Notes: a model not told the origin generated them from the sequence alone. A stretch of DNA of 64,000 nt from Desulfobia sp. (GCA_046497465.1 JAWOFO010000043.1:14966-78965); one strand, 5' to 3'. Counted from the stretch's first letter, positions 9,546 through 18,272 are shown. Numbers and translations are program-made.

Positions 9546-9561
9546 GTTAGGAATATCTAAC
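9546..9561. promoter_or_regulatory. candidate DtxR-family operator (imperfect dyad GTTAGGAATATCTAAC)
   Basis: The TTAGG...CTAAC half-sites resemble the DtxR/IdeR box TTAGGTTAGCCTAACCTAA. The site lies 18 nt upstream of the regulator start, in the divergent intergenic region. Confidence 0.3.
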
Positions 9562-9770
9562 TTTTATCATTAATACTATTAACGTTGCTGATAACAGTTG
9601 TCAAGTATTTTTTGCACCCGGACATATGCAGCATATCTGATTTGACTTAACAGATTGTCTAGTGCTGTCCGACTTGTCAATATCCTTATCTTGCTTAAAT
9701 AACCGGCATATAGTAGTGTAAACGGCCTGTAATTCTAACGCTTACCTGATCTCCAATTATAAAAAAAATC

Positions 9771-10967
9771 GTGACTGATTACGGCACAGCTGAGACAAAA
9801 TGTGTTAAATGCGGGGCCTGCACTTCAGTATGTCCCGTATACCAGGTTACTGGCAAAGAATCACTTACCGCCCGCGGGAGGTTACATCTCATAGATAATC
9901 CTCCGGAAAGAATATCAGCCGTATATTCAGAAATATTTTCCCAGTGCCTTCTTTGCGGAGCCTGTGAAGACGCCTGTCCCAGGGGCATCAAAATAAGAGA
10001 TACTATTATTAAAACCCGAACGGATACAGTAGAAACCTGGAGTTACCTGCACATTAAACAACTAACAGCCCAAAAAACACTGGCTTCTCCCTTTCTGCTT
10101 AAGTACTTCGGCAACATCACAAAAAAACTGACCGAGTTACCACAAGAAAGCGGCCTATTGCAAAAACTGACTGTTTTTACTCCTAAACTGCCATCGCTTT
10201 CCCAGCCTGCTGGCCAACCCGGACCGGCTAATAAAAAAAAAGGAGAAATCAATTACTTCAGCGGCTGTCTGGCAAATTATCTGGTACCGGATATAAAAGA
10301 AGCAACCATAAATCTGGTAAGACAGGCAGGCCGATACGGCTGCCGGACCAATGAGGGCCAGACATGCTGCGGCCTTGTCTCCTATACCGCCGGCAGGATT
10401 GAACAGGCACAAAAGACAGCCAGACTTAACATTGAGGCTTTTGAAGACAATAACTACCCTATTCTCACCTCTTGCGCTTCCTGTTACTTCCACCTGAGAA
10501 GCTATCCGGATATACTCTCAGGTGATCCTGTCTGGGTAAAAAAGGCCCGGCTGTTCAGTGAGAGACTCCGGGAACTTTCATGCTTTATGGTTGAGGAGAT
10601 TCCGGAAAACTTCAGTCCACGCAAAGGAGAGAGAATCCGGGTCGCCATTCATGACCCCTGTCATCTACGCTTTGGTAGAGAGAAAATAACTGAACCACCC
10701 CGCCAACTGATCAGAAAAGCAGGTAATATTACACTGCTGGAAATTCCTGAACGCTGCTGTGGACACGGCGGTCTTTTCCAAATGAAATACCCCGAACTCT
10801 CCCATAAAATAGCTGACAAAAAAATAAAGGATTTGTCGACAGCTCTCCCTCACTACCTGCTCACTACCTGCAGCGGCTGCCTTCTGCAATTAAACAGAGC
10901 TGCGGTAAGATCAGGATTACCAATAAAAACTTGCCATCTTTCTGTCTTTATCAATCACTTTCTGTAA
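9771..10967 (+). CDS. (Fe-S)-binding oxidoreductase of the GlcF/HdrD type (2x[4Fe-4S] plus two CCG domains)
   Basis: 398 aa with CVKCGACTSVCP and CLLCGACEDACP ferredoxin motifs and two cysteine-rich CCG motifs (QTCCGLVSY, RCCGHGGLF). GTG start. Confidence 0.75.
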   Translation: MTDYGTAETKCVKCGACTSVCPVYQVTGKESLTARGRLHLIDNPPERISAVYSEIFSQCLLCGACEDACPRGIKIRDTIIKTRTDTVETWSYLHIKQLTAQKTLASPFLLKYFGNITKKLTELPQESGLLQKLTVFTPKLPSLSQPAGQPGPANKKKGEINYFSGCLANYLVPDIKEATINLVRQAGRYGCRTNEGQTCCGLVSYTAGRIEQAQKTARLNIEAFEDNNYPILTSCASCYFHLRSYPDILSGDPVWVKKARLFSERLRELSCFMVEEIPENFSPRKGERIRVAIHDPCHLRFGREKITEPPRQLIRKAGNITLLEIPERCCGHGGLFQMKYPELSHKIADKKIKDLSTALPHYLLTTCSGCLLQLNRAAVRSGLPIKTCHLSVFINHFL

Positions 10968-11004
10968 TCGTCAAGACCCAGGATCCCGAATTCAGATAGT
11001 CATA

Positions 11005-11094
11005 TTCAACCAGTATCTTTCTAAAAACCTGTATGATATAACTCGCAAACTTTTTAGTGAAATCATAATAGTTTTCTCAAGTCGAAAAGTTGAG
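11005..11094 (+). mobile_element. family-A repeat, minimal copy of about 90 bp (degenerate left terminus)
   Basis: ...CTGTATGATATAACTCGCAAACTTTTTAGTGAAATCATAATAGTTTTCTCAAGTCGAAAAGTTGAG joins the two arm ends directly, with no core. Confidence 0.7.
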
Positions 11095-11302
11095 GTCTTA
11101 ATTTATGCCTTGAAGTTTTCAGTGCCAAATTTTAAAATCAATGGTTAAAACAGGTCAAATTGAATTAAGTTAATCAGATATTTTTTCTTGCAAAACAAAA
11201 GATTTTATAGAACCTTTTAGGCAAAAGTAGTCAAGAAAGAAACAATGATTGACCAAATCCTTAAGATGTATTTTTTTTATTTTTGTTATAAATCAGAAAA
11301 AG

Positions 11303-11356
11303 ACGTGCAAATTTTTTAGTTATATCATAATAGTTTTCTCAAGCCGGAAAGTTGAA
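11303..11356 (+). mobile_element. family-A repeat, partial copy (right end only)
   Basis: ACGTGCAAATTTTTTAGTTATATCATAATAGTTTTCTCAAGCCGGAAAGTTGAA ends 21 nt before the ATG at 11378. Confidence 0.7.
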
Positions 11357-11377
11357 ATCTTACAACAAGGTATACCC

Positions 11378-12319
11378 ATGAGAAAATATAAAATGAGCGA
11401 TTCAGGCATTTTTACAGCCATAACCTACCACCATGCATGGCCATACGCCATTCTGGCCTTCCTTTTTATTGTCTTTTCCGCCTTAACGACCCAAGCTGAA
11501 ATTAGCATTACCAAAAGCAAGTCGTTCAAAGTGAATGAAAACATAATCGACCTTGCCAGCTCAGTTGACGGCAAGTATATCTTTGTTCTCAGCCGTGGCA
11601 AAATTCAAATTTTTGATAGTGAAGGCAATAAAAGTGGCACTTTGAAAGTAGACCCCTGCATGACCGATATTGCTGTTTCTGGCCTCTCTGCCGCCAAAAT
11701 AGAGAATAAAATATTTTTAAGCAGTGTAAAAACCGGCATGATCAAAGAAATCAAATACTCTTTTATAGCCGAGATTGACACTGAAGGCTCTCCTTTCCTG
11801 GGAACCACTGATGCCCCGGTCTCTATAGTTCTATTCAGTGACTTCCAGTGTCCTTACTGTTCCCGCCTGCACTCTCTGTTGGAAAAACTTGTAGAAGAGA
11901 ATCAAGGCAAGGTTAAAGTAGTTTACAAGCATTTCCCTCTAAGGACGCACAAGAAAGCCAAGTTTGCCGCTCTTGCCGCTATAGCAGCCCATAACCAGGG
12001 TAAGTTCTGGACCTACCATGACAAACTCTTCCAGAACAGCAGCTCACTCAACCCGGCAACCTTTAAAAAAATAGCCGAAGAGTTAAACCTGGATCTCAAA
12101 CAATTCAAAGAAGATTATCAAAGCCTGGAAACCAGAAAAAAGGTGGAACAGGATATAAAAAGCGGTCATGAAGCCGGAGTCAGAGGTACCCCCACTCTTT
12201 TTGTCAACGGCAGAAAAGTCCAAAACCGCACTTTCCAGGGCATACAGGATATGATTAATGAAGAACTGGCGACTGAGCAGAAAAATAGCTCAACTCAGGC
12301 TAACAGCAAGAAAAATTGA
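11378..12319 (+). CDS. DsbA-family thiol:disulfide oxidoreductase with an N-terminal membrane anchor and an extra domain
   Basis: Thioredoxin-fold motif FSDFQCPYCSRL. The track ORF starts at 11249, but its first 43 codons lie inside a repeat copy, so the start is reassigned to ATG 11378 (MRKYKMSD...). Confidence 0.7.
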   Translation: MRKYKMSDSGIFTAITYHHAWPYAILAFLFIVFSALTTQAEISITKSKSFKVNENIIDLASSVDGKYIFVLSRGKIQIFDSEGNKSGTLKVDPCMTDIAVSGLSAAKIENKIFLSSVKTGMIKEIKYSFIAEIDTEGSPFLGTTDAPVSIVLFSDFQCPYCSRLHSLLEKLVEENQGKVKVVYKHFPLRTHKKAKFAALAAIAAHNQGKFWTYHDKLFQNSSSLNPATFKKIAEELNLDLKQFKEDYQSLETRKKVEQDIKSGHEAGVRGTPTLFVNGRKVQNRTFQGIQDMINEELATEQKNSSTQANSKKN

Positions 12320-13305
12320 AACAAAAAGAAACAGTCCTAACCACCCAAAAGGAGCTTAGCTTTCCTGATAATGAAACAGCAAGCCGCCTTTATGGCGAGC
12401 TCAACAGTAATCTTAAGGTCATAGAAAAAAGTGCTGAGGTGACCCTGCAGACAAGGGGAACTGATATAAGCATAAGTGGCCGGGAGGATGATGTTGAACT
12501 AGCCGCTGCTACCCTGAAACAGCTTTATAACCTGATCGAAGCAGGATACCCCCTTTATGCGGCGGATATAGCTTACGCTTTGAAGGTTATGGAACGTTCT
12601 CTCAGTACGGACCTCAAAAAGATCTTTCTGGATAAAGTCTATATTACCGCCAGCAACCAGGTTATCTCGCCCAAAAGTATCAACCAGAAGAAGTATATCG
12701 ACATCATCAGAACCCATGACATCGTTTTCGGAATAGGGCCTGCCGGTACCGGCAAAACCTATCTCGGGGTTGCCATGGCTATAGCAGCCTTCAGCAGTGA
12801 TCAGGTAAGGTCTATCATTCTGGCACGACCAGCGATTGAGGCAGGTGAAAAACTGGGGTTTCTGCCGGGAGATATGGCGGAAAAGGTAAACCCCTACTTA
12901 CGTCCTCTGCACGACGCCTTAAATGATATGCTGAGGCGGGAAAAAACCCTTTCTCTCCTGGAGAGCGGACATATAGAAATCGCTCCCCTTGCCTTTATGA
13001 GAGGCAGAACGCTTAACAATGCCTTTGTAATCCTTGATGAAGCCCAGAACACCACACCGGAACAGATGAAGATGTTTCTTACCAGGCTCGGATTTAACTC
13101 CAAGGCTGTAATAACCGGAGATGTCACCCAGACTGACCTGCCTCCTTCCCAGATTTCAGGGCTTGACCATGCGAACCGTATCCTGAAGGAAGTCAAGGGG
13201 ATAGCATCATGCTATTTTAACCATAAGGATGTGGTCAGACATCCCCTGGTTCAAAAGATTATCAAGGCCTACGAAACCAAGACCCGAACAGACGATAATA
13301 AATGA
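12316..13305 (+). CDS. phoH: PhoH-family ATPase
   Basis: 329 aa with Walker A GPAGTGKTYLGVAMA and LDEAQN. Its start overlaps the upstream stop. Confidence 0.9.
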   Translation: MKQKETVLTTQKELSFPDNETASRLYGELNSNLKVIEKSAEVTLQTRGTDISISGREDDVELAAATLKQLYNLIEAGYPLYAADIAYALKVMERSLSTDLKKIFLDKVYITASNQVISPKSINQKKYIDIIRTHDIVFGIGPAGTGKTYLGVAMAIAAFSSDQVRSIILARPAIEAGEKLGFLPGDMAEKVNPYLRPLHDALNDMLRREKTLSLLESGHIEIAPLAFMRGRTLNNAFVILDEAQNTTPEQMKMFLTRLGFNSKAVITGDVTQTDLPPSQISGLDHANRILKEVKGIASCYFNHKDVVRHPLVQKIIKAYETKTRTDDNK

Positions 13306-13793
13306 CTGTTTTACTGAACAACCAGTCTACCGATCAACATGTGGAAACCGAGCAGATCAGAAAGACAGCGGAGCACCTTTTAAAATATACGGGACAGAAC
13401 GACAGTGAACTGAGCATCCTGCTGACCGATGACTCCCGTATCACCGAACTTAACAACACTTACCGACAAAAAGACAGATCGACAAATGTCCTGTCCTTTC
13501 CCCTGTTTGAACCCGAAACTCCGGGAATGCCTGTTCTCCTGGGAGATATTGTCATTTCTGTAGAAAGCGCAGCCAGAGAAGCCCGACTGCAGGGGATAGA
13601 CATCAACGACTATTTAAATATCCTCCTGGTGCATGGCCTTGTCCATATTCTGGGTTACGATCATGAAAAGGGGGAAAGGGAGACCGAGGAAATGGCGGTA
13701 CAGGAAAAAAAACTTCTGGAAAAATTACAACAGGATAAATTGATCAACCTTAAAGTGGATAACCCGGCCTCAGTTATTGGAAATTGGGACTGA
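13302..13793 (+). CDS. ybeY: rRNA maturation endoribonuclease YbeY
   Basis: 163 aa with the zinc motif HGLVHILGYDH and the conserved phoH-ybeY order. Confidence 0.9.
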   Translation: MTVLLNNQSTDQHVETEQIRKTAEHLLKYTGQNDSELSILLTDDSRITELNNTYRQKDRSTNVLSFPLFEPETPGMPVLLGDIVISVESAAREARLQGIDINDYLNILLVHGLVHILGYDHEKGERETEEMAVQEKKLLEKLQQDKLINLKVDNPASVIGNWD

Positions 13794-13891
13794 CAACTTT
13801 CTCCAGGAATCAAAGCAGTTATGTAAATATCAGGTATGGTAAAAACAGGCTGTTGTTTTTTATAAAAAATTCAACTTTATCTAGAAATTTG

Positions 13892-14076
13892 GTAAGTTCT
13901 CAATAAGTCCTAACTCAATAAGTCCTAACTACAAATATATACTGAACAAACGGTACTCAATACTAAGGAACGCCATAAACCTGTCCCTGGGGGCTTGACT
14001 GCAGCCGTCCTGGCTGCAGACACACCCTCGTAAAAAGACCGTTTGTTCCTGTTACCCTCAATTTTTGAAAAATTAC
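13892..14076 (+). repeat. family-B structured repeat, copy B1 (185 bp)
   Basis: GTAAGTTCTCAATAAGTCC...GGGGGCTTGACTGCAGCCGTCCTGGCTGCAGACAC...TTCCTGTTACCCTCAATTTTTGAAAAATTAC is the reverse complement of 16375-16601, apart from a block of about 50 nt present only in B2 and small indels elsewhere. It contains the hairpin TGCAGCC-GTCCT-GGCTGCA and a tandem 15-nt duplication (TCAATAAGTCCTAAC x2). Confidence 0.85.
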
Positions 14077-14112
14077 AGAATTTATAATCCTGTCAAAAAT
14101 TGGGGAAAAATA

Positions 14113-14850
14113 ATGAAACAAGGAACAACAATGATAAAACTTGCCATAAACGTTGATCATGTAGCCACCCTGCGTCAGGCCCGGGGTACAACCGAACCTG
14201 ACCCGGTCCTGGCCGCAGGAATTTGTGAATTGGCCGGAGCCGCAGGGATAGTAGTCCATCTCAGAGAAGACCGGCGCCATATCCAGGACAGAGATCTAAG
14301 GGTACTGAAAGATACGGTAAAAACCAGACTGAATCTGGAAATGGGAGCGGCTGAAGAAATTGTCAAAATTGCCCTTGAGCTTAAACCGGACCTGGTAACC
14401 CTGGTTCCGGAGAAACGGCAGGAGCTGACCACTGAGGGAGGGCTGGACGTAGCCGGGCAAAAAGAACATTTAACCGGAATTATAGCCAGAATGGCCGAAG
14501 CAGAAATTCCGGTAAGCCTTTTTATCGATCCTGTTTCAGAACAGATTGCCGCCTCAAGGGAGGTCAAGGCTGCCTTTGTTGAGATACATACGGGAAAGTA
14601 CAGTGATGCTGTCAGCGAGGAGGGAAAAAACGAAGAATTTGAACTCATTGCCCGCTCAGTGCAGGAGGCCCATGCTTCTGGATTAAGGATTAATGGCGGC
14701 CACGGCTTGAACTATCGAAATACTGCCCGAATAGCCGCTCTACCTCATATCGAAGAACTGAGTATAGGACATGCTGTCATGGCCCGGGCAATCCTGGTAG
14801 GCCTTGACCAGGCGGTCAGGGAAATGCTTGCCATAATCCAGGACAAGTGA
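14113..14850 (+). CDS. pdxJ: pyridoxine 5'-phosphate synthase
   Basis: LAINVDHVATLRQARG and the remaining PdxJ TIM-barrel sequence. The start is ATG 14113, or ATG 14131 (MIKLAINV...). The track TTG start at 14065 lies inside repeat B1. Confidence 0.9.
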   Translation: MKQGTTMIKLAINVDHVATLRQARGTTEPDPVLAAGICELAGAAGIVVHLREDRRHIQDRDLRVLKDTVKTRLNLEMGAAEEIVKIALELKPDLVTLVPEKRQELTTEGGLDVAGQKEHLTGIIARMAEAEIPVSLFIDPVSEQIAASREVKAAFVEIHTGKYSDAVSEEGKNEEFELIARSVQEAHASGLRINGGHGLNYRNTARIAALPHIEELSIGHAVMARAILVGLDQAVREMLAIIQDK

Positions 14851-14873
14851 GTCACCACCAGGATTGCGGTTCT

Positions 14874-16331
14874 CTATGATACATCAGGAATCTTTCTTTG
14901 TTTCTCTTCGTCGGTCAGAGGACGGATATGAATCTTCTGTTGTTTTTTCATGTACTCCAGAACAACAGAGCTTTCCATACTATCAATTACCCGGGAGACA
15001 TTAGCTATAGTTACTTTTACCCCTGGGTAAAGAATGCCGAAAACATAGACACGCTGATTCAGACCCTTTTTAATATCCTGTTCAAGCTCTTCTTCTTTTT
15101 CACAGAGAGCACTGTCCTTATCCGTCAATTTGGGCAGTATCTTATTCATGCTGGCCAAGGCCCGGGCGTTGTCCTCCGTAAAAGCTTTGCCCTGTTCTTT
15201 TTTCATCTCCGACAAGGTATTAATGCTTTTCAAGTACTCGTTCAGCTTTGGTCGAAGCGTTTTTCTGATCTGTTCAATCTTGGCCTTCCGTTTCTCAATT
15301 ACAGTGTTCATCCCTGCCGTAACCCGGGTAACAGCCTCTCCATCTGATCCCAGCTCCAGAGAATAAATACTGCCACCAGCTATACAGTCTCCGCCAATAA
15401 TAGCCCCTTTACCCTGAAGAGCCTTGATATCACGTCCTACCCTGACATGTCCCTGAACAATAAAGTCGGTTAGTTCCAGATCGCCCTTGGTCTCCAGCAG
15501 GCCTGTATTCTCGCAGAAATCAACTTTTATACTCTCCAGCGCCTTTATAACACTGTCGCTTCCCACCACGCCGCCATTAATAGTGACAGATTTATCTGAA
15601 ATGACAGTGGCATTATTAACCCCTTGGCCAATTGTTATACTGCCCAGACATTCCACCCTGAAGCCGGGCAGAATCTGTCCGCTAATCCGAAGAAAAACTC
15701 CGGAAAACCTTACATTGCCCGTACTTAAATCTATATCACCATTGATCTCATGTTCCTCGTAGACAAAAGGCTTTTTATCATTTAAAATAAATTCCCCTTG
15801 GACTGCAGCCCTTGCCTCCATCCCATCCTCAGAAAGTTCTACCCCCTTACCGGCTTTAAGACGGCGATCTTTACCCTTTTTGACCTTAATTTCATTACCA
15901 AAAACATCCTTGCCCGGTTCCCCTTCGGTGGCTACAATCTTTTTTAAAAGAAGCTGCCCTTTCCGGACATTGACAATGTGACCAAGTTCCCTATGATCAA
16001 CCCTGCTATCTGTCTTTTTCCCGTCATTACTGACATTGCTGCCTGTCCCGGTTTTGACAACAATCTGGAAAAAGGCATCTTTCCCTGATTCAGGAGGCTT
16101 ACCCCTGGCAATCAATACCGTCTTGGCATCAACCTGTTCAGGCTCCTCCAGCAAACCGTAAACCACCCCCTGCTCCCTGACTTTATTCCAGAGCTCAGGC
16201 CAGTTCAGTGAATCAAATGAAGATTCTTCCCCTGCTAGACTGATAAAAGCCTGCAGCTTATCATCACTGATGACAAGATCAGATTCGCCCTCGTCCAGGG
16301 CAACCTTTTTACCGGCAAGAAAATTTTCCAT
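14874..16331 (-). CDS. FapA/DUF342-family protein
   Basis: 485 aa with a beta-helix-like repetitive middle (GDIDLSTGNVRFSGVFLRISGQILPG..., GSITIGQGVNNATV...) and a C-terminal coiled coil, as recalled for DUF342. Confidence 0.7.
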   Translation of the reverse strand: MENFLAGKKVALDEGESDLVISDDKLQAFISLAGEESSFDSLNWPELWNKVREQGVVYGLLEEPEQVDAKTVLIARGKPPESGKDAFFQIVVKTGTGSNVSNDGKKTDSRVDHRELGHIVNVRKGQLLLKKIVATEGEPGKDVFGNEIKVKKGKDRRLKAGKGVELSEDGMEARAAVQGEFILNDKKPFVYEEHEINGDIDLSTGNVRFSGVFLRISGQILPGFRVECLGSITIGQGVNNATVISDKSVTINGGVVGSDSVIKALESIKVDFCENTGLLETKGDLELTDFIVQGHVRVGRDIKALQGKGAIIGGDCIAGGSIYSLELGSDGEAVTRVTAGMNTVIEKRKAKIEQIRKTLRPKLNEYLKSINTLSEMKKEQGKAFTEDNARALASMNKILPKLTDKDSALCEKEEELEQDIKKGLNQRVYVFGILYPGVKVTIANVSRVIDSMESSVVLEYMKKQQKIHIRPLTDEEKQRKIPDVS

Positions 16332-16374
16332 AATTTACCTATCGAAAAAAAACCATTTTTATTGAATATTTTTC

Positions 16375-16601
16375 GTAAGTTCTCAAAAATCGAGGACAAC
16401 AGGAACTAATGGATGATTCGTCACCTTCCTTACCATAACGTACCGGAGGTACGGTCAACGGTGCCGGGTACGAGAGTGTCTGCAGCCAGGACGGCTGCAT
16501 CAAGCCCCCAGGGACGGATTTATGGCGTCCCTCGTACCCGGTACCGCTTGTTCAGTATAAATTTGTATGCCAGGACTTATTGAGAACTTACTATTTTTCA
16601 G
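16375..16601 (-). repeat. family-B structured repeat, copy B2 (227 bp, inverted relative to B1)
   Basis: Terminal inverted repeats GTAAGTTCTCAA / TTGAGAACTTAC. Internal nested stems: CCGGGTACGAG...CTCGTACCCGG encloses TGCAGCC-AGGAC-GGCTGCA and GGGACG-GATTTATGG-CGTCCC. Confidence 0.85.
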
Positions 16602-16750
16602 GCTTGCAACCGCTGATCTTATAACAAACCAATTTGATAAATAATAAATCATTTAACCAGAAAAAATTAAACAAACCCTAATAAAAAATAAGCTGCAGAC
16701 ATCGATTCTACTTCATCTCTTTTTAATTCAACTGCAAAAATATTATCTAA

Positions 16751-16875
16751 CTCAACTTTCCGGCTTGAGAAAACTATTACGATTTCAGACGGTTGGCATG
16801 TTTATCAAGTACTCTTGCCTCACTAAAAAATTTGCAAGTTATATCATACCAGATAAATCAATCCGGAAAGTTGAA
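16751..16875 (-). mobile_element. family-A repeat, intact short copy (125 bp) with an 8-9 bp direct flank duplication
   Basis: CTCAACTTTCCGGCTTGAGAAAACTATTACGATTTCAGACGGTTGGCATG...ATAAATCAATCCGGAAAGTTGAA. TTATCTAA occurs at 16743-16750 and again at 16876-16883. Confidence 0.85.
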
Positions 16876-17096
16876 TTATCTAAAATGATTTACAAAAACG
16901 TGGCAAATATCTTGCATAATTCTATAATAAAAAAAACTGCAGAATCAAGTTTTTCACAATAAGTTATTATACTTTATATAGATAACCAAAAATTATGAAC
17001 CACGATTATGATTAATGCCGCAACAGTTAAATGACGATAAAACGTATAAATCAATATCATATGTAATTCTGCCCTTAAAACGGTAAGGGGGTTACA

Positions 17097-17234
17097 ATGA
17101 CCAAAAAAACCGCTATCAAAATCCTGATGATGAGCCCCATCTACTTCCGTTTGAATATTAAAGAGAGAATGAAACTCGTCCAGGAGTTCCTAAGGCTTAA
17201 CAGTGCCACTCTCACCTCTGAAGAGATTGACTGA
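17097..17234 (+). CDS. small hypothetical protein (45 aa)
   Basis: ATG preceded by AAGGGGG at a spacing of 6 nt. Sequence: MTKKTAIKILMMSPIYFRLNIKERMKLVQEFLRLNSATLTSEEID. Too short for the ORF track, and no family recognised. Confidence 0.3.
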   Translation: MTKKTAIKILMMSPIYFRLNIKERMKLVQEFLRLNSATLTSEEID

Positions 17235-17375
17235 AATGCTCTAACATCGACACTCCCGGGGCAGTATAGTATAAGAAAAAATTTCCTATGGAAATAAAGT
17301 CCCATATCGTATATAGTCATCTCCTTAATAGACTAATTTCTTTTAAAAAAGAATAATATTTTAAGGAGAGGAACT

Positions 17376-18053
17376 ATGAACATTCTTATTTTTGGGCCGA
17401 ATGGTAGCGGTAAAGGCACTCAGGGTGCCAAAATTCATGAAAAGTATCAAATCCCCCATATCGAATCCGGAGCAATTTTCCGCCAGAATATAAAAGGCGG
17501 CACCGATCTGGGAAAAAAGGCTAAAGAGTATATCGACCGGGGTGACCTTGTCCCTGACGATATCACTATTCCCATGATCCTTAACCGTTTAAAGGAAAAC
17601 GACTGCAAAAAAGGCTGGCTCCTTGACGGTTTTCCCCGCAATAAAGTTCAGGCAGAATCTCTTGACAAAGGCCTGAAAAATGAAAACATGGCTCTCGACT
17701 ATGTTATAGAAATCAAGCTTGACCGCCAAATCGCCAAAAAGAGAATCATGGGACGCCGGCTTTGTGCCAACGACAACAACCACCCAAATCATATAGCCTT
17801 TGACGCCATCAAACCGGCAGAAAAAGACGGCAGACTGGTGTGCCGGGTCTGCGGCGGTGAATTGAGCACCAGGGCGGACGATCAGGATGAAAATGCCATC
17901 GATAAAAGACACAACATCTACTATGATGACAAAACCGGGACTGTGGCAGCTATCAATTACTTTAAGAACATCGACGGACCCAAAGTTATATCCGTGGACG
18001 GGACACCTTCCATAGATGAAGTCCGTGACTCCATTATGAAAGAACTTCCTTAG
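17376..18053 (+). CDS. adk: adenylate kinase (long LID variant)
   Basis: 225 aa with P-loop FGPNGSGKGTQ. The LID carries C-x2-D ... C-x2-C (CAND...CRVC). RBS AAGGAGAGG lies upstream. Confidence 0.92.
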   Translation: MNILIFGPNGSGKGTQGAKIHEKYQIPHIESGAIFRQNIKGGTDLGKKAKEYIDRGDLVPDDITIPMILNRLKENDCKKGWLLDGFPRNKVQAESLDKGLKNENMALDYVIEIKLDRQIAKKRIMGRRLCANDNNHPNHIAFDAIKPAEKDGRLVCRVCGGELSTRADDQDENAIDKRHNIYYDDKTGTVAAINYFKNIDGPKVISVDGTPSIDEVRDSIMKELP

Positions 18054-18073
18054 GAAACTCTCAAAGGCCGAAG

Positions 18074-18143
18074 TCGAACAGGGAATTTCAAATTATGAGG
18101 TATAAAACCATACCATCACATACCTGTAAAATTCCCTGTTCGA
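18074..18143. terminator. 15-bp perfect inverted repeat between the convergent adk and DUF374 genes; a possible bidirectional terminator
   Basis: TCGAACAGGGAATTT (18074-18088) pairs with AAATTCCCTGTTCGA (18129-18143). The 40-nt loop contains its own AGGTAT/ATACCT stem. There is no clear U-tract. Confidence 0.4.
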
Positions 18144-18272
18144 TAAGTACACCATAAGGATTACACTCTTCGCCCACAGGTTGGGCTCCTCAGGGATCTG
18201 CTTTCAACCCTGTATTTTTAGGGAGGGGAATTTTTCACGTATTATCATTCGAAATTCAATATTCAACATACC

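Noticed and set aside
14058-14092. Sigma-70 promoter inside the gene-proximal end of repeat B1 (TTGAAA ... TATAAT)
   Set aside because: The spacer between the two hexamers is only about 12 nt, and the equivalent position in B2 lacks a matching -10. There is not enough support to call it.
13963-14280. 105-aa minus-strand ORF
   Set aside because: It spans family-B repeat B1 and runs antisense into pdxJ. The matching region of B2 does not keep the frame.
16765-16962. 65-aa ORF; similarly 8861-9073 and the first 43 codons of 11249-12319
   Set aside because: They start inside, or are largely composed of, family-A repeat sequence. Equivalent frames are not conserved between copies.
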